From NCBI GenBank assembly GCA_963728505.1, contig CAVSKH010000003.1, positions 513,352-577,351 of the forward strand: DNA of 64,000 nucleotides. Reading direction: 5' to 3'. Positions 1-10,000 of this stretch are shown one piece after another (position 1 is the stretch's first letter; every line of letters begins with the position of its first letter). The stretch comes from an uncultured Actinomycetota bacterium (lineage in GTDB: Bacteria; Actinomycetota; Actinomycetes; Propionibacteriales; Nocardioidaceae). The translations under genes and the position numbers were made by a program. The notes beneath the pieces are model-generated. The model saw only the letters and a program-made list of their open reading frames with translations. It ran no database searches and was not told the origin of the DNA.

Positions 1-49
1 ACAGCGCGCCACGGTGAACGGGGCGGGCTTGTGCCCGCACACACAGTCT

Positions 50-127
50 CCCTTCGAGACCGTCGCTGCGCTCCCTCCTCAGGACAAGCCCTTCGAGACC
101 GTCGCTGCGCTCCCTCCTCAGGACAAG
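50..127. repeat. perfect 39-bp tandem duplication (2 units)
   Basis: The unit cccttcgagaccgtcgctgcgctccctcctcaggacaag occurs at 50-88 and again at 89-127 without mismatch. It explains the duplicated FETVAALPPQDK in the spurious 5' extension of ORF 14..1531. Confidence 0.95.
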
Positions 128-226
128 CGACAGCTCGACCGGCGGAACGAGCTCGACCCCCGTGGTCGCGAGCGGGCCCGTCGTGTGTGCTGGACTGCCG
201 GTGCCGACCAGCTGAGAGGACCGACC

Positions 227-1531
227 GTGTCGAAGCCGTCATTCGGGCGGGGGATCGCCCGCCAGTCCATGATCTACCGCGCCGGAGTGTCCGGACGGCG
301 ACCACTGGTGCCCGCGGACGCGACCACGCTGGAGCAGCGGGCCCGGCGCGGGATGAGCGACAAGGCGTGGGCCTACGTCGCCGGCGGAGCCGGCGAGGAG
401 CGCACCGTGCGACGCAACCGGGACGCGTTCTCGCGCTGGCAGGTGGTGCCCCGGATGGCCGTCGGTGCCGACCAGCGCGACCTGTCCGTCGAGCTGCTGG
501 GCCAGCGACTCGAGGTGCCGGTGCTGCTGGCGCCGATCGGTGCCTGCGGACTGGTGCACCGCGACGCCGACCTGATGACCGCACGGGCCTCGGCGACCAC
601 CGGGGCGCCGTACGTCCTCTCCAACCAGGGCAGCAGCGCGATGGAGGACTGTGCCGCCGCGATGGACGAGGTCGCGCCGGGTGCTGCCCGGTGGTTCCAG
701 CTCTACTGGAGCAAGGACGAGGGGCTGGTGCAGAGCCTGCTCGACCGGGCCGCGGCCATCAAGGCCGGAGCGGTGGTGGTCACCCTCGACACCACGATGC
801 TGGGCTGGCGGCCCCGGGACCTCAACCTGGGCTCACTGCCATTCAGCCGCGGGATCGGCATCGCCCAGTACACCCGCGACGGCCGGTTCCTGGAGCTGGT
901 GCGGGAGCGCGTCGAGGCGGCCAAGCAGGGGCCGGCCGGCCCCAAGCCCGACGTGACCCTGGCGGCTGTGCGGTCGCTCGTCGAGATCCTGCGCAACCAC
1001 CCCGGGAGGTTCCTGGACAACCTGCGCTCCCCCGAGCCGCGGGCGTCGGTGGAGGCCTTCCTCGACGTCTACTCCAACCCCGGGCTGTCCTGGGAGCACC
1101 TGGAGACGCTGCGCAGCCGCACCGACCTGCCCGTGGTGCTCAAGGGGATCCTGCATCCCGACGACGCCCGGCGTGCCCTCGACCTCGGGGTCGACGCGAT
1201 CGTGGTCTCCAACCACGGCGGCCGCCAGGTCGACAACGCCATCGCCTCGCTGGACGCGCTGGTCGACATCCGCGAACAGGTCGGACCGGTGCCGACCGTG
1301 CTGCTCGACAGCGGCGTGCGCACCGGCGCCGACGTGTACGTCGCCCGCGCGCTCGGGGCGGACGCGGTCCTGCTCGGCCGGTCCTACGTCTACGGCATGG
1401 CGCTGGCCGGGCAGCAGGGCATCGAGGACGTCATCAGCAACGTCGTCGCCGAGCTCGACCTGACCATGGGCCTCACCGGCGTCCGTGACCTGGCCGGCAT
1501 CACTCGCGACATGGTCCGCCCGGCGCCCTGA
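227..1531 (+). CDS. FMN-dependent alpha-hydroxy-acid oxidising enzyme, lactate 2-monooxygenase-like
   Basis: Same frame as ORF 14..1531. Family-typical motifs: FQLYW, GWRPRDL, VLKGILHPDDA, VVSNHGGRQ, DSGVRTGADV, and overall colinearity with lactate 2-monooxygenase as I remember it. GTG at 227 is preceded by gagagga. ATG at 269 is an alternative start. Confidence 0.85.
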   Translation: MSKPSFGRGIARQSMIYRAGVSGRRPLVPADATTLEQRARRGMSDKAWAYVAGGAGEERTVRRNRDAFSRWQVVPRMAVGADQRDLSVELLGQRLEVPVLLAPIGACGLVHRDADLMTARASATTGAPYVLSNQGSSAMEDCAAAMDEVAPGAARWFQLYWSKDEGLVQSLLDRAAAIKAGAVVVTLDTTMLGWRPRDLNLGSLPFSRGIGIAQYTRDGRFLELVRERVEAAKQGPAGPKPDVTLAAVRSLVEILRNHPGRFLDNLRSPEPRASVEAFLDVYSNPGLSWEHLETLRSRTDLPVVLKGILHPDDARRALDLGVDAIVVSNHGGRQVDNAIASLDALVDIREQVGPVPTVLLDSGVRTGADVYVARALGADAVLLGRSYVYGMALAGQQGIEDVISNVVAELDLTMGLTGVRDLAGITRDMVRPAP

Positions 1532-1538
1532 GGCTCTG

Positions 1539-1557
1539 CACCGGGCTCAGCCCGGTG
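1539..1557. terminator. hairpin between convergent genes (possible bidirectional terminator)
   Basis: caccgggc-tca-gcccggtg gives a perfect 8-bp stem with a 3-nt loop. It lies 8 nt after the stop at 1531 and 10 nt before the convergent stop at 1567. There is no U-tract, as is usual in high-GC genomes. Confidence 0.45.
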
Positions 1558-1566
1558 GGTCCGGGC

Positions 1567-3225
1567 TCAGACCCGCGCGGGCTCCGGCTCGCCCTCCGGG
1601 TCGGGGGCGGTGTCGACGTCGTGGGGCGACTGCAGGGCCACCGGGTCGACCGAAGTGGCCGAGTCGGCCGGGTCGGCCGGGTCGGCCGGGTCGGCCGGTC
1701 CACCGTGCGGTGAGGCACCCTCCGGGAGCCGCGAGGGCAGCAGCACGGCGAGGACGACGACGCCCAGCGCGAGGACGGCCGAGACCCCGAACGCCCACTG
1801 CATCCCTCCGACGAACGCCGCGTCCGGCGAGGCGCCTCCGGCGCCCAGGTCGGCGGCGCGCGAGGAGAGCACGGTGATCGCCAGAGCCGTGCCTACCGCG
1901 GCGGCCACCTGCTGGACCGTGCCGAGCAGCGAGCTGCCGTGGGAGTAGAGGTTCATCGGCAACGAGCCCAGGCTCAGGGTGAACGTCGGGGTGAACAGCG
2001 CCGCCAGGCTGATCATCATCAGCACGTGCGCACCCAGCACGAAGGCGTACGGCGTCGTCTCGCCGATCGAGCTCAACATCACCAGCGCGGCGACCAGACC
2101 GATCGAGCCGGGCACCACCAGCGGCCGTGCACCCCACCGGTCGAAGGCACGACCGACGCGCGGCCCGAGGACGCCCATGGCCAACCCACCGGGGGCCACG
2201 AGCAGACCGGTCTGCAGCGGCGTCAGGCCGCGCAGGTCCTGCAGGTAGAGCGGCAGCAGGATCATCGAGCCGAGCATGGTCAGGAATGCGACCGACTGGA
2301 GCACCAGGCCGATTCTGAAGGTGCGGTGCCCCAGGGTGCGCAGGTCGAGCAGCGGACCGGCGCGACGCTCGAGCCGCTTCTGCCGGAGCGCGAAGACCGC
2401 GACCAGCAGCGCACCGCCGGCGATGACCGCGAGCGGCGGCACGCTGTCACCGGCCGACGCGCCGACACGGCTCAGGCCGTAGACCAGGCCACCGAAGCCG
2501 ACACCGGCCAGCGCGACGCTGGGCCAGTCGATGTCACCGTCCTGGGTCTCGCCGACGTTCTCCAGCTTGCGGAGCGAGAAGTAGGCCACCGCCGCCGCGA
2601 TCGGCAGCACGATGCCGAAGAGCCAGCGCCACGAGGTCCACTGCAGGATCACCCCGGAGACTGCGGGGCCCAGCGCCGGCGCCACGGAGATCGCGAGCAT
2701 CACGTTGCCCATGACGCGACCGCGGTCGTGCTCAGGCACCACCGTCATCAGGGTGGTCATCAGCAGCGGCAGCATCACCGCGGTGCCGGAGGCCTGGACG
2801 ACCCGGCCCAGCACCAGCACCCAGAAGGCAGGCGCCACCGCGGCGATCGCGGTCCCGAGGATGAAGACGCTCATCGCGAGGGTGAACGCGGTGCGGGTGG
2901 TGACCCGTTGCAGGAACCACCCCGTCACCGGGATCACGGTCGCCATGGTGAGCATGAAGGCGGTGGAGAGCCATTGCGCGCTGCGAGCACTGACCTCGAA
3001 CTCGACCATCAGACGCGGGATCGCGTTGACCATGATCGTCTCGTTGAGGATGACGACGAAGGTCGCCAGCACCAGCCATCGCAGCACGGCGTACGGCGCT
3101 GCAACGGGCGATGCGGGCGTCGCCGTGGTCGGTCGGGCAGGCACGTGGGCTCCTCGGGAAGGTGGTGCGTGGTCAGGCTGGGGTGCGCTCATGGGAGGTA
3201 GACCCCTCAGGGCGCGGCGACTCAT
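1567..3225 (-). CDS. MFS transporter, DHA2 (EmrB/QacA-like, 14-TMS type) drug/H+ antiporter
   Basis: 552-aa ORF with many hydrophobic segments. Motifs seen: LNETIMVNAIP, LGRVVQASGTAVMLP, DRGRVMG. The start could be 3225 or 3192. Confidence 0.85.
   Translation of the reverse strand: MSRRALRGLPPMSAPQPDHAPPSRGAHVPARPTTATPASPVAAPYAVLRWLVLATFVVILNETIMVNAIPRLMVEFEVSARSAQWLSTAFMLTMATVIPVTGWFLQRVTTRTAFTLAMSVFILGTAIAAVAPAFWVLVLGRVVQASGTAVMLPLLMTTLMTVVPEHDRGRVMGNVMLAISVAPALGPAVSGVILQWTSWRWLFGIVLPIAAAVAYFSLRKLENVGETQDGDIDWPSVALAGVGFGGLVYGLSRVGASAGDSVPPLAVIAGGALLVAVFALRQKRLERRAGPLLDLRTLGHRTFRIGLVLQSVAFLTMLGSMILLPLYLQDLRGLTPLQTGLLVAPGGLAMGVLGPRVGRAFDRWGARPLVVPGSIGLVAALVMLSSIGETTPYAFVLGAHVLMMISLAALFTPTFTLSLGSLPMNLYSHGSSLLGTVQQVAAAVGTALAITVLSSRAADLGAGGASPDAAFVGGMQWAFGVSAVLALGVVVLAVLLPSRLPEGASPHGGPADPADPADPADSATSVDPVALQSPHDVDTAPDPEGEPEPARV
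1663..1698. repeat. 9-bp x4 in-frame microsatellite (gtcggccgg)
   Basis: Four perfect copies that encode PADPADPADPAD in the C-terminal tail of the MFS transporter. Confidence 0.9.
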
Positions 3226-3330
3226 CGGTCTCCGGTCCCCCGGCTTCAGTCACCGTCCCCAGGAAAGCAGTGTGGGCAACACCGCGTCACCTGGATTTCT
3301 TCCCCTGGCCCACCGGCCTGCCCCCTGCGA

Positions 3331-6300
3331 CTATCGGGGCGACACCGTCACCAGACGCATCGCAGCGTAGGGCCAGCGCTGCACCAGGTCGCTCACCGTC
3401 GCCCCTGCCGGCATCGCCACCGGGGCTGCGCTGCACTCGTCCACGCTCGAGCCGGCGATCGCCAGGAGGAGCACTCGCGTGAACCTCGCCAGCCCGGTCA
3501 GGTCCACGTCGATCGGCACTGCCCGCGGCATCCGCGCCTGCAGCGGCACGCTCAACGGGTTGCGCCTGGCACCTCCGACCTGCCAGCCCGCAGGAGGCGC
3601 CGGGTTGCCCCCGGCGACGGCGGCCCGCGCCCAGTCCACGATGCCGGCGGCCGGGGTGCTCAGCAGCGTGGTCTGCGAGGAGTCGGTGCGCCACAGCAAC
3701 ATCGCGTACGCCGACCCCGCCGGGATCGGGCGGCTGTCCCGGTGGTGCAGGAGCACGTCCACGGTGGAGGGCTCGGAGAAGACCAGCCACCGCCCACCCG
3801 TCACCGACCGGGGCTGCACCGTCTCGAGCAGGTCCACCTCGGTGGCGCGGGCGTCGGGGTCGAGCGGTGTCTGCCACGAGGGGCGATAGACGGCCAGCGG
3901 GTGGCCGCCGACGTCCGAGAGCGACAGGTCGGGCCCCAGCCGGCTGCCGCCGACGACGGCGTTCCACAGCGCACCGTTGATGTAGCGACCCGGCGGCAGC
4001 CGGAGCCGTGCCCGCTCCAGCTGCACCAGGTCACCGAAGGCATCGGTCCACAGCCCGGTCGGCACCACCGAGGGGTAGCGCCAGCGGAAGGCGGTCTGGA
4101 AGGTCCAGAGCTGGTAGGACAGCACGTTGCGCGCGCTGATCACCTGGCCGCCGTACGCCGGCGCGGAGGGCGGGTCCTGCCGTGGCCGCACGGTGATGTC
4201 GGGGCTCTCGAAGAGCGTCTCCGCCGTGGCGGTCGACGCTCGCCTCGGGTTGGCCATCGGGGTGGGGAACCGACGACGGTCGTCACGCGGATGCACCCGC
4301 AGGTAGGTGCGGGAGGGTTCCTCGGCGGCGGCCAGGTCGACCTCCCACACGCCTCGGGCCTGGATCCCCGCCCGCAGCATCCGAGGGGCGGTCGCATCGG
4401 CGGGATCGTGCCAGATCGAGAGGTCCTGGACCGCGGCCTGCGGCAGGCCGTTCACGAACGGCGGGGCGGGCCAGGTGTGGTTGGTCGAGGGCGCGGCGTC
4501 GCGCTGCCCCTTCCAGACCCCGGTGACGGTGCCGACGTAGACCTCGCGGGGATTGGCGGGGTCGACCACCACGGCGTACGCCGGGTCCAGGGGTCCGATC
4601 GTCCCGGCAGGCGCAGGGGGGGAGGCGGGGTTCATCGCGCTCCGCAGCCCGGCGCCGACGAGGGCCGCGCCGGCGTCGTCCCACAGGTAGCAGGTGTCGA
4701 TCCCGGTGTTGGTGGGGTCACCGGTCGTGGTCAGGTAGAAGTCTGTGCCGCCGGGGACGAGTCCGATGTCGGTGAGCACGGTTCCGGCAGGCACGGTGGC
4801 CGGGCTGAGCAGCACGGTGGCCGTCCACTGCCCAGGCGGGTCCTCGACCCACCGGACCACGCCGCGGGAGAACAGCACCACCAGGCTGGTGGGCGACTCC
4901 CACTTGGCCGTGACCACGCCGCGCATCGGCCCCACCTGGCCGGTGACTCCGACCCAGGGCGCGGCGACCAGCGGTCCGAGGGCGGCATCGGTGGGCACCC
5001 CGCGGTAGGACTGACCGGGACGCTCGGTGCCGTTGGCGAAGCGGGGATCGGTCGCCGCGCCGTTGGGGTAGGGCAGGACGCGCCAGGCGTTGGTGCCGGT
5101 CGTGCCCACGTTGTCGCTGACCCAGACCCGACTGGTGCCGAGCGCCAGCCGAGCCGCGTTGCCGGTGCCTGTGGGGATCATCGAGGTGCCGGAGTAGAAG
5201 TCGGAGATCCCTTGCTGGTCCTCACGGTCGCCGCTGGCGACGGCACCTCCGGCCCATCGGGAGATCGGCCCCACGAAGCCCCACTGCGGCTGGCTCATCC
5301 AGGTCCCGCAGGTCCACTGCGTGACGACGTACTGACCGAGCCGAGGGTGGAAGACGGTGCCACCGCCGTCCCCCTCGAAGGTCATCTCCCACATCGTGTC
5401 GCCGGAGCGCACCTGGGTCCCGTTGTCCTGGAAGCCGGAGGCGACGAAGTGGTGCGACGTCGGGTGGGCGGCGACGAAGGTGGGTTGCAGCACGGCGAGC
5501 CCGGTGCAGCGCGAGGCGAAGCTGTTGACCCGCCCCGCCTGCGACGAGTGGTAGACCCCGCCGTCGCAGCCGACCCAGACATGACGATCGCCTGCCACGG
5601 TGACCGGCACGACGCGGTGGACGTCGGCGTGGACGTTGTTGCCGATCAGGCCCGTGCGGTTGGCACCCTCTCCGGCGCCGGCCGGCTCGGTTGGTGGCGG
5701 CGGTTCGGCCGGAGGTCCGGTGCGAGAGACCCCCGGGGCGGCTCGCAGGACGAAGGGGGTGGCAGGTGCCGGCGGGCCCGCGGGCGCCGCGGCCACGTCG
5801 TAGCACCACAGGCTGGCGGCCCAGCCGTCCCCGTCGCGGGGCTCGATGGTGGATCCGCCGATGAAGACCCGGTCGTTGCCGTCGACGACGTCCACCGCGA
5901 GGGCCTGGTCGTAGTCACCCTGGGCGCCCCAGGTCTCGAGGTGCACGCCACCGACGCGCTGCGCCACCGGCTGCGCGGCGGTCGGAGCCAGCGTGATGTC
6001 CTCGACCCGGAACAGCGCCGGTGTGTCGGGCTGGGCGCTGCCGGCGGTCTGCGGCAGGCCGGTGAGGACGTAGAGCCGGTTGCTCCCGGGCGCCATCGCC
6101 AGGCTGCTGCGGCCCTGGATCCCGGTCGCGGAGCCGGGGTTGTTGCAGCTCACCACCCAGGAGAACGTCGCCCCGTCGTTGTCGCTGACCGCAATCCCGA
6201 GGGCATCGATGGCGATGACGACGACGTTGCCCGGCAGCCACACCACGTCGGTGACCTCGGGCGTGGACTGGCCTGCGGCAGGACCGGTCGGACCGAAGAC

Positions 6301-7062
6301 CAGGAGGTCGACGGCGCCGAGCTTCGACCACTGGTACTCGTCGTGCCCGCCCGGCGCAACCGGGCCGACGTGGGTCCGCGCGCCGAGGTAGAGGCCGTCG
6401 GTGGTGGCAGCGAACACCTGGTCGGCGTCGGCGTCGGTGGACTTGCCGGCCGTGGTGCCGGGCTTGCGCACCAGCCGGTAGATCCCCTTCCCCTCGAGGA
6501 CCCCGATCCCGGCCTCGTCCTCCCACGGGTTGGCGCCCACCGGCGCCGTGGCCGGGTGGGCGGCAGCCAGCACCCCCAGGCCGCCGAAGGCACCTTCGCC
6601 GATGCGGGAGAGCCCCGGTGTGGGCTCCCCGGTGCCGACGAGCACGAAGTCCTCGTCGGCGTCGTCACCGAAGTCCACCAGCAGCGCGCCGCACGACTGG
6701 GCGTTGTTGGCCCCGCCGGAGCGCGCCGACCGGTCGGCCCAGCCACCGACCGGTTCCCAGGTGCTGCCGCCGTTGCCGGAGTACCAGACCCCACCCATCG
6801 CCGAGGCGGCGTAGATCCGCTTGCCGTCGTCGGAGATCTCGAGGTCGCGGACCCGTCCGCTGACGCGGGGGCGTCCGCCCGCCTGCCCGCGGCGCACGAC
6901 GGAGGGCCCGATCGGCACCCACCGGTGCACGTCGCTGTCGGGGAAGAGCATGCTCGGCGCGGCGACGGCCTCCGCCAGGGCGGAGGGGTCGAAGGCTCCG
7001 GTCCGCAGGTCGATGAACCGGTGCCGGATGCGGGCCCGCCCCCGCCGGGTCAGCCGTCTCAT
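3331..7062 (-). CDS. large hypothetical protein with Asp-box/BNR-like beta-propeller repeats (last gene of giant operon)
   Basis: 1243-aa ORF. Asp-box-like S-x-N-x-G-x-T-[WF] repeats: YSGNGGSTWEPV (about 6750-6800), VSDNDGATFSWV (about 6157-6190), VSDNVGTTGTNAW (about 5080-5130). Its ATG overlaps the upstream stop (ATGA at 7059-7062). The opposite-strand ORF 3742..7464 is an R/G/P-rich shadow. Confidence 0.8.
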   Translation of the reverse strand: MRRLTRRGRARIRHRFIDLRTGAFDPSALAEAVAAPSMLFPDSDVHRWVPIGPSVVRRGQAGGRPRVSGRVRDLEISDDGKRIYAASAMGGVWYSGNGGSTWEPVGGWADRSARSGGANNAQSCGALLVDFGDDADEDFVLVGTGEPTPGLSRIGEGAFGGLGVLAAAHPATAPVGANPWEDEAGIGVLEGKGIYRLVRKPGTTAGKSTDADADQVFAATTDGLYLGARTHVGPVAPGGHDEYQWSKLGAVDLLVFGPTGPAAGQSTPEVTDVVWLPGNVVVIAIDALGIAVSDNDGATFSWVVSCNNPGSATGIQGRSSLAMAPGSNRLYVLTGLPQTAGSAQPDTPALFRVEDITLAPTAAQPVAQRVGGVHLETWGAQGDYDQALAVDVVDGNDRVFIGGSTIEPRDGDGWAASLWCYDVAAAPAGPPAPATPFVLRAAPGVSRTGPPAEPPPPTEPAGAGEGANRTGLIGNNVHADVHRVVPVTVAGDRHVWVGCDGGVYHSSQAGRVNSFASRCTGLAVLQPTFVAAHPTSHHFVASGFQDNGTQVRSGDTMWEMTFEGDGGGTVFHPRLGQYVVTQWTCGTWMSQPQWGFVGPISRWAGGAVASGDREDQQGISDFYSGTSMIPTGTGNAARLALGTSRVWVSDNVGTTGTNAWRVLPYPNGAATDPRFANGTERPGQSYRGVPTDAALGPLVAAPWVGVTGQVGPMRGVVTAKWESPTSLVVLFSRGVVRWVEDPPGQWTATVLLSPATVPAGTVLTDIGLVPGGTDFYLTTTGDPTNTGIDTCYLWDDAGAALVGAGLRSAMNPASPPAPAGTIGPLDPAYAVVVDPANPREVYVGTVTGVWKGQRDAAPSTNHTWPAPPFVNGLPQAAVQDLSIWHDPADATAPRMLRAGIQARGVWEVDLAAAEEPSRTYLRVHPRDDRRRFPTPMANPRRASTATAETLFESPDITVRPRQDPPSAPAYGGQVISARNVLSYQLWTFQTAFRWRYPSVVPTGLWTDAFGDLVQLERARLRLPPGRYINGALWNAVVGGSRLGPDLSLSDVGGHPLAVYRPSWQTPLDPDARATEVDLLETVQPRSVTGGRWLVFSEPSTVDVLLHHRDSRPIPAGSAYAMLLWRTDSSQTTLLSTPAAGIVDWARAAVAGGNPAPPAGWQVGGARRNPLSVPLQARMPRAVPIDVDLTGLARFTRVLLLAIAGSSVDECSAAPVAMPAGATVSDLVQRWPYAAMRLVTVSPR

Positions 7063-10000
7063 GACGCCGGCCCCTCGGTCTCGGGGTCAGGCGTGGGGCT
7101 CACCCGGATCCAGCCCTCCTGCGCCTGGTGCGGCAGCCGCGGCAGGTACGCCGTCTGGGTGGCGGCGAGGATCGGGTCGTCGCGCCAGGTGAGCTCCCCG
7201 GTTCGCCGGGTGAAGCTCTGCTTGTCGCCGAGCAGGCCGACCAGCGGCAGCCGGATCTCCGCCGGGTCGACCAGCACGGGCCCCACCCGCACCGAGGGCA
7301 TCACCTTGGCCAGCCCGGGCGTCACCCAGCTGTCGGCGAGCGCCAGGTCCTTGCGCGGCAGCACCCCGGACGTGACGTGCGCCCGCCCTGCAGGAAGCAT
7401 CAGCAACGTGAGGGTCACCGGCCGTCGGGGACGCACGAACAACCGCCCCTGGGTCACGACGTAGGGGTGGTCCAGCGGGGACTCCCCCGGCAACCCCTGT
7501 TGCTCCGCGGTCCCGAGCAGGCCGAGCTGTGCCACCTGCCGGCCGCTCTCCCGGGCGTGCTCGGCGAGCGCGGCGTCGACGATGTGGAGGTGCTCGAAGT
7601 CGTCGCCGACGAACCATCCGACGAGGGCGTCGTCACTGCGCGCGAGGGTCCCGAGATTGACCTCCACCAGCTGGTCCCCGAGCGCGTCGAACGCTGCGCG
7701 TCGCGCCTGCTCCCCTCCAGGGGCGGTCACCTCGAGCTCGTCGACGTCGTCGGGGACGTCGAGGCACAGCGTGGTGCGCACCACCGCGAGCGGACGGCCG
7801 ACCAGACCCGCGACCGTGCCGCTGCCGAGCGCACCGAAGGTGTCGACGCTCCACAGGGTGGAGTCGACCGCACGCAGCATCACCGCGAGTGCGCTGGCAC
7901 TCGGAGGCGGTCCGGCCTCTCCCGCCCTGGCGGAGGCGTCGGCGCGCACCAGGGCGGCGGCGATCTCGGCGACCAGCCGGGAGCGGTCCGGCACCCCGTC
8001 GGGAGGGGATGCATCGGGAGGCAGGGGCCGGCCCGGAGCAGGCTCCCAGCTCACCGCTCCGGTGACGGGGTCGTGCCCGAGCTCGCCGATGGGCTCGCCG
8101 TCGATGCCGAAGACCTCGAGGGTCTCGTCGATGTGGTCCGGCAGCAGGAAGCCGGCCACCGGGTTGGTCGCCGAGGCCGGGTCGAGCTGGTCGACGTAGG
8201 CCTCGCCGAGGGAGTCCGGGGTCGAGCCGGAGGGGGCCGAGGCGTCCACCAGCCGCCACAGCCACCGCGCGGAGCCCTGGAACCGTGGTCGCATCCGCAC
8301 CATCCGCGCTCCGCCGTCGACCTCCAGCTCCACCGTGGACTGCAGGTCGTCGAGCACCGGGTCCGGCGCCGAGACGGTGCGACCGTAGGCGTCGACCAGC
8401 CGCAGCGCGTCCAGCCGCAAGGTGCCCCCGAACAGCGGGGTGGGCACTCCGGACGCGACCGGCTTGCCGCCGGGGTCACGTTCGACCACCCCGACGAAGT
8501 CGATGCCGAGCAGCTGTTCGCGAATGCCGTCCAGCGAGGCCGAGACCAGGTCCAGCGGCGCGCCGAGCTCTGCGAGTCGTTGCAGCACGGTCGCGTCACC
8601 GAAGGAGCTGCGAGCGGCGGTGGCCTGGCGTTGCAGCTCACTGCCGACCCAGTCGGACAGCGTCGCGTGCAGCGAGTCGGCCAGCCCCGGCCCGAGCGGG
8701 CTGCGGCCGGTGAGCGTGGTGGTCACCGAGCCACCGCCGGCAGCGGCGGGGTCGTCGGGCGAGAGGTCGAAGCCGTCGACGCGCCACCCGCTGGTGGTGG
8801 CCTCACCCTGGAGCGTGACCTGCCACTCCACCCACAGCGGCACCCAGGGCTGGCGCCAGGTGGTGTGCGCCACCGGGCTGGGTGGCGTGCCTCGGACGAT
8901 CGAGAAGCGGGCGATCTCGGCGGCGACCTGCGCCTTGCCCGCGACCTCGTGGACCGTGTGACCCGACCACGACGACGTCGAGGGCGCGGCGTCGCGGGTG
9001 TTCGCGTCGTTGGTCGCGAAGTGCACGTGGGCCGACCCGTCGAAGGTGCCGTCGACGCCGTAGAGCCGCACCACCTCGGCCGCGAGCCGCGAGGCGACCG
9101 CGCCCTGCGCCCCCGACGGTGGCGTCGAGGCAGCGGCCAGCCAGCGGTGGCCGTAGGGGTTGAGCAGCACCGCCTCGCGCACCACGGTCGTGACCTCGTC
9201 GGGGACGGCGCCCGACCCGAGGCCGGGCAGCACGGTGGCACCGTCCACCACCCCGTCGTACGCCGGGACGGCAGCACCGGGGTAGCGGCAGGCCAGCAGG
9301 CCGTTGTCGTCGTACAGACCGTCGCCGTGGTGACGGTGGCTGGGGTGGGCACCGCGAACCGCCAGGATGAAGGGCGCCGGCCGGTGGTAGCGCGGGGCGG
9401 GACGCTCGACCTCGCGCACCTGCGGGGTCGGCGGTGGCGGCTTGGGTGGCGGGTCCTGCTGGCGGCCGCGCGGGCGCGCCGTCCCCGGGTCGGCGCCGGT
9501 CGCGGCGCCACCCTTCCCCTTCGTCCTGGCCGTGCGGATGTCCTCGAGGTCGAAGGTCTGCTTCCAGGCCACCGTGGAGCCGAAGCCGAGCGTCTTGGCC
9601 CGCACGGTGCGATCGCGACCGGCGTCCGCTGCCTGGGTGGTGGCACGCAGCGCGGCGTTGATCGGGGCACGGCCCTTGCGGCCCACGGTCATCGGGCCGG
9701 CGGCGAGGGTGTCCTCGGCGCGGAGCCGGTCCGGCCGCGCACCGGGCACGGGCGTCCCCGGAAGCGCCCAGAAGCCACTGTCGTGCTCGCGCCGCCCCAG
9801 GTCGTCCAGCCCGTCGCTGCTCCCCAACCGGTTGACCAGGCCGGCGGCCATCGCGGCCACGACGTCCTCGACAGCGGCACGCCGCTCGTCGTCGCCCTCG
9901 TGCAGCACCGCTGCGCCGAAGGCAGCGACCACGTCGTCGAGGTCCGAGCCCAGTGCGACCGAGAGCTGGTCTGGTCGCGGAGCGTCGTCGGCGGCGGGCA

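Noticed and set aside
14-226. 5' extension of ORF 14..1531 and the overlapping ORF 31..1488
   Set aside because: The extension runs through the 39-bp tandem repeat and has no similarity to the enzyme family. ORF 31..1488 is an R/P/G shadow frame. GTG at 227 or ATG at 269 gives a family-typical N-terminus.
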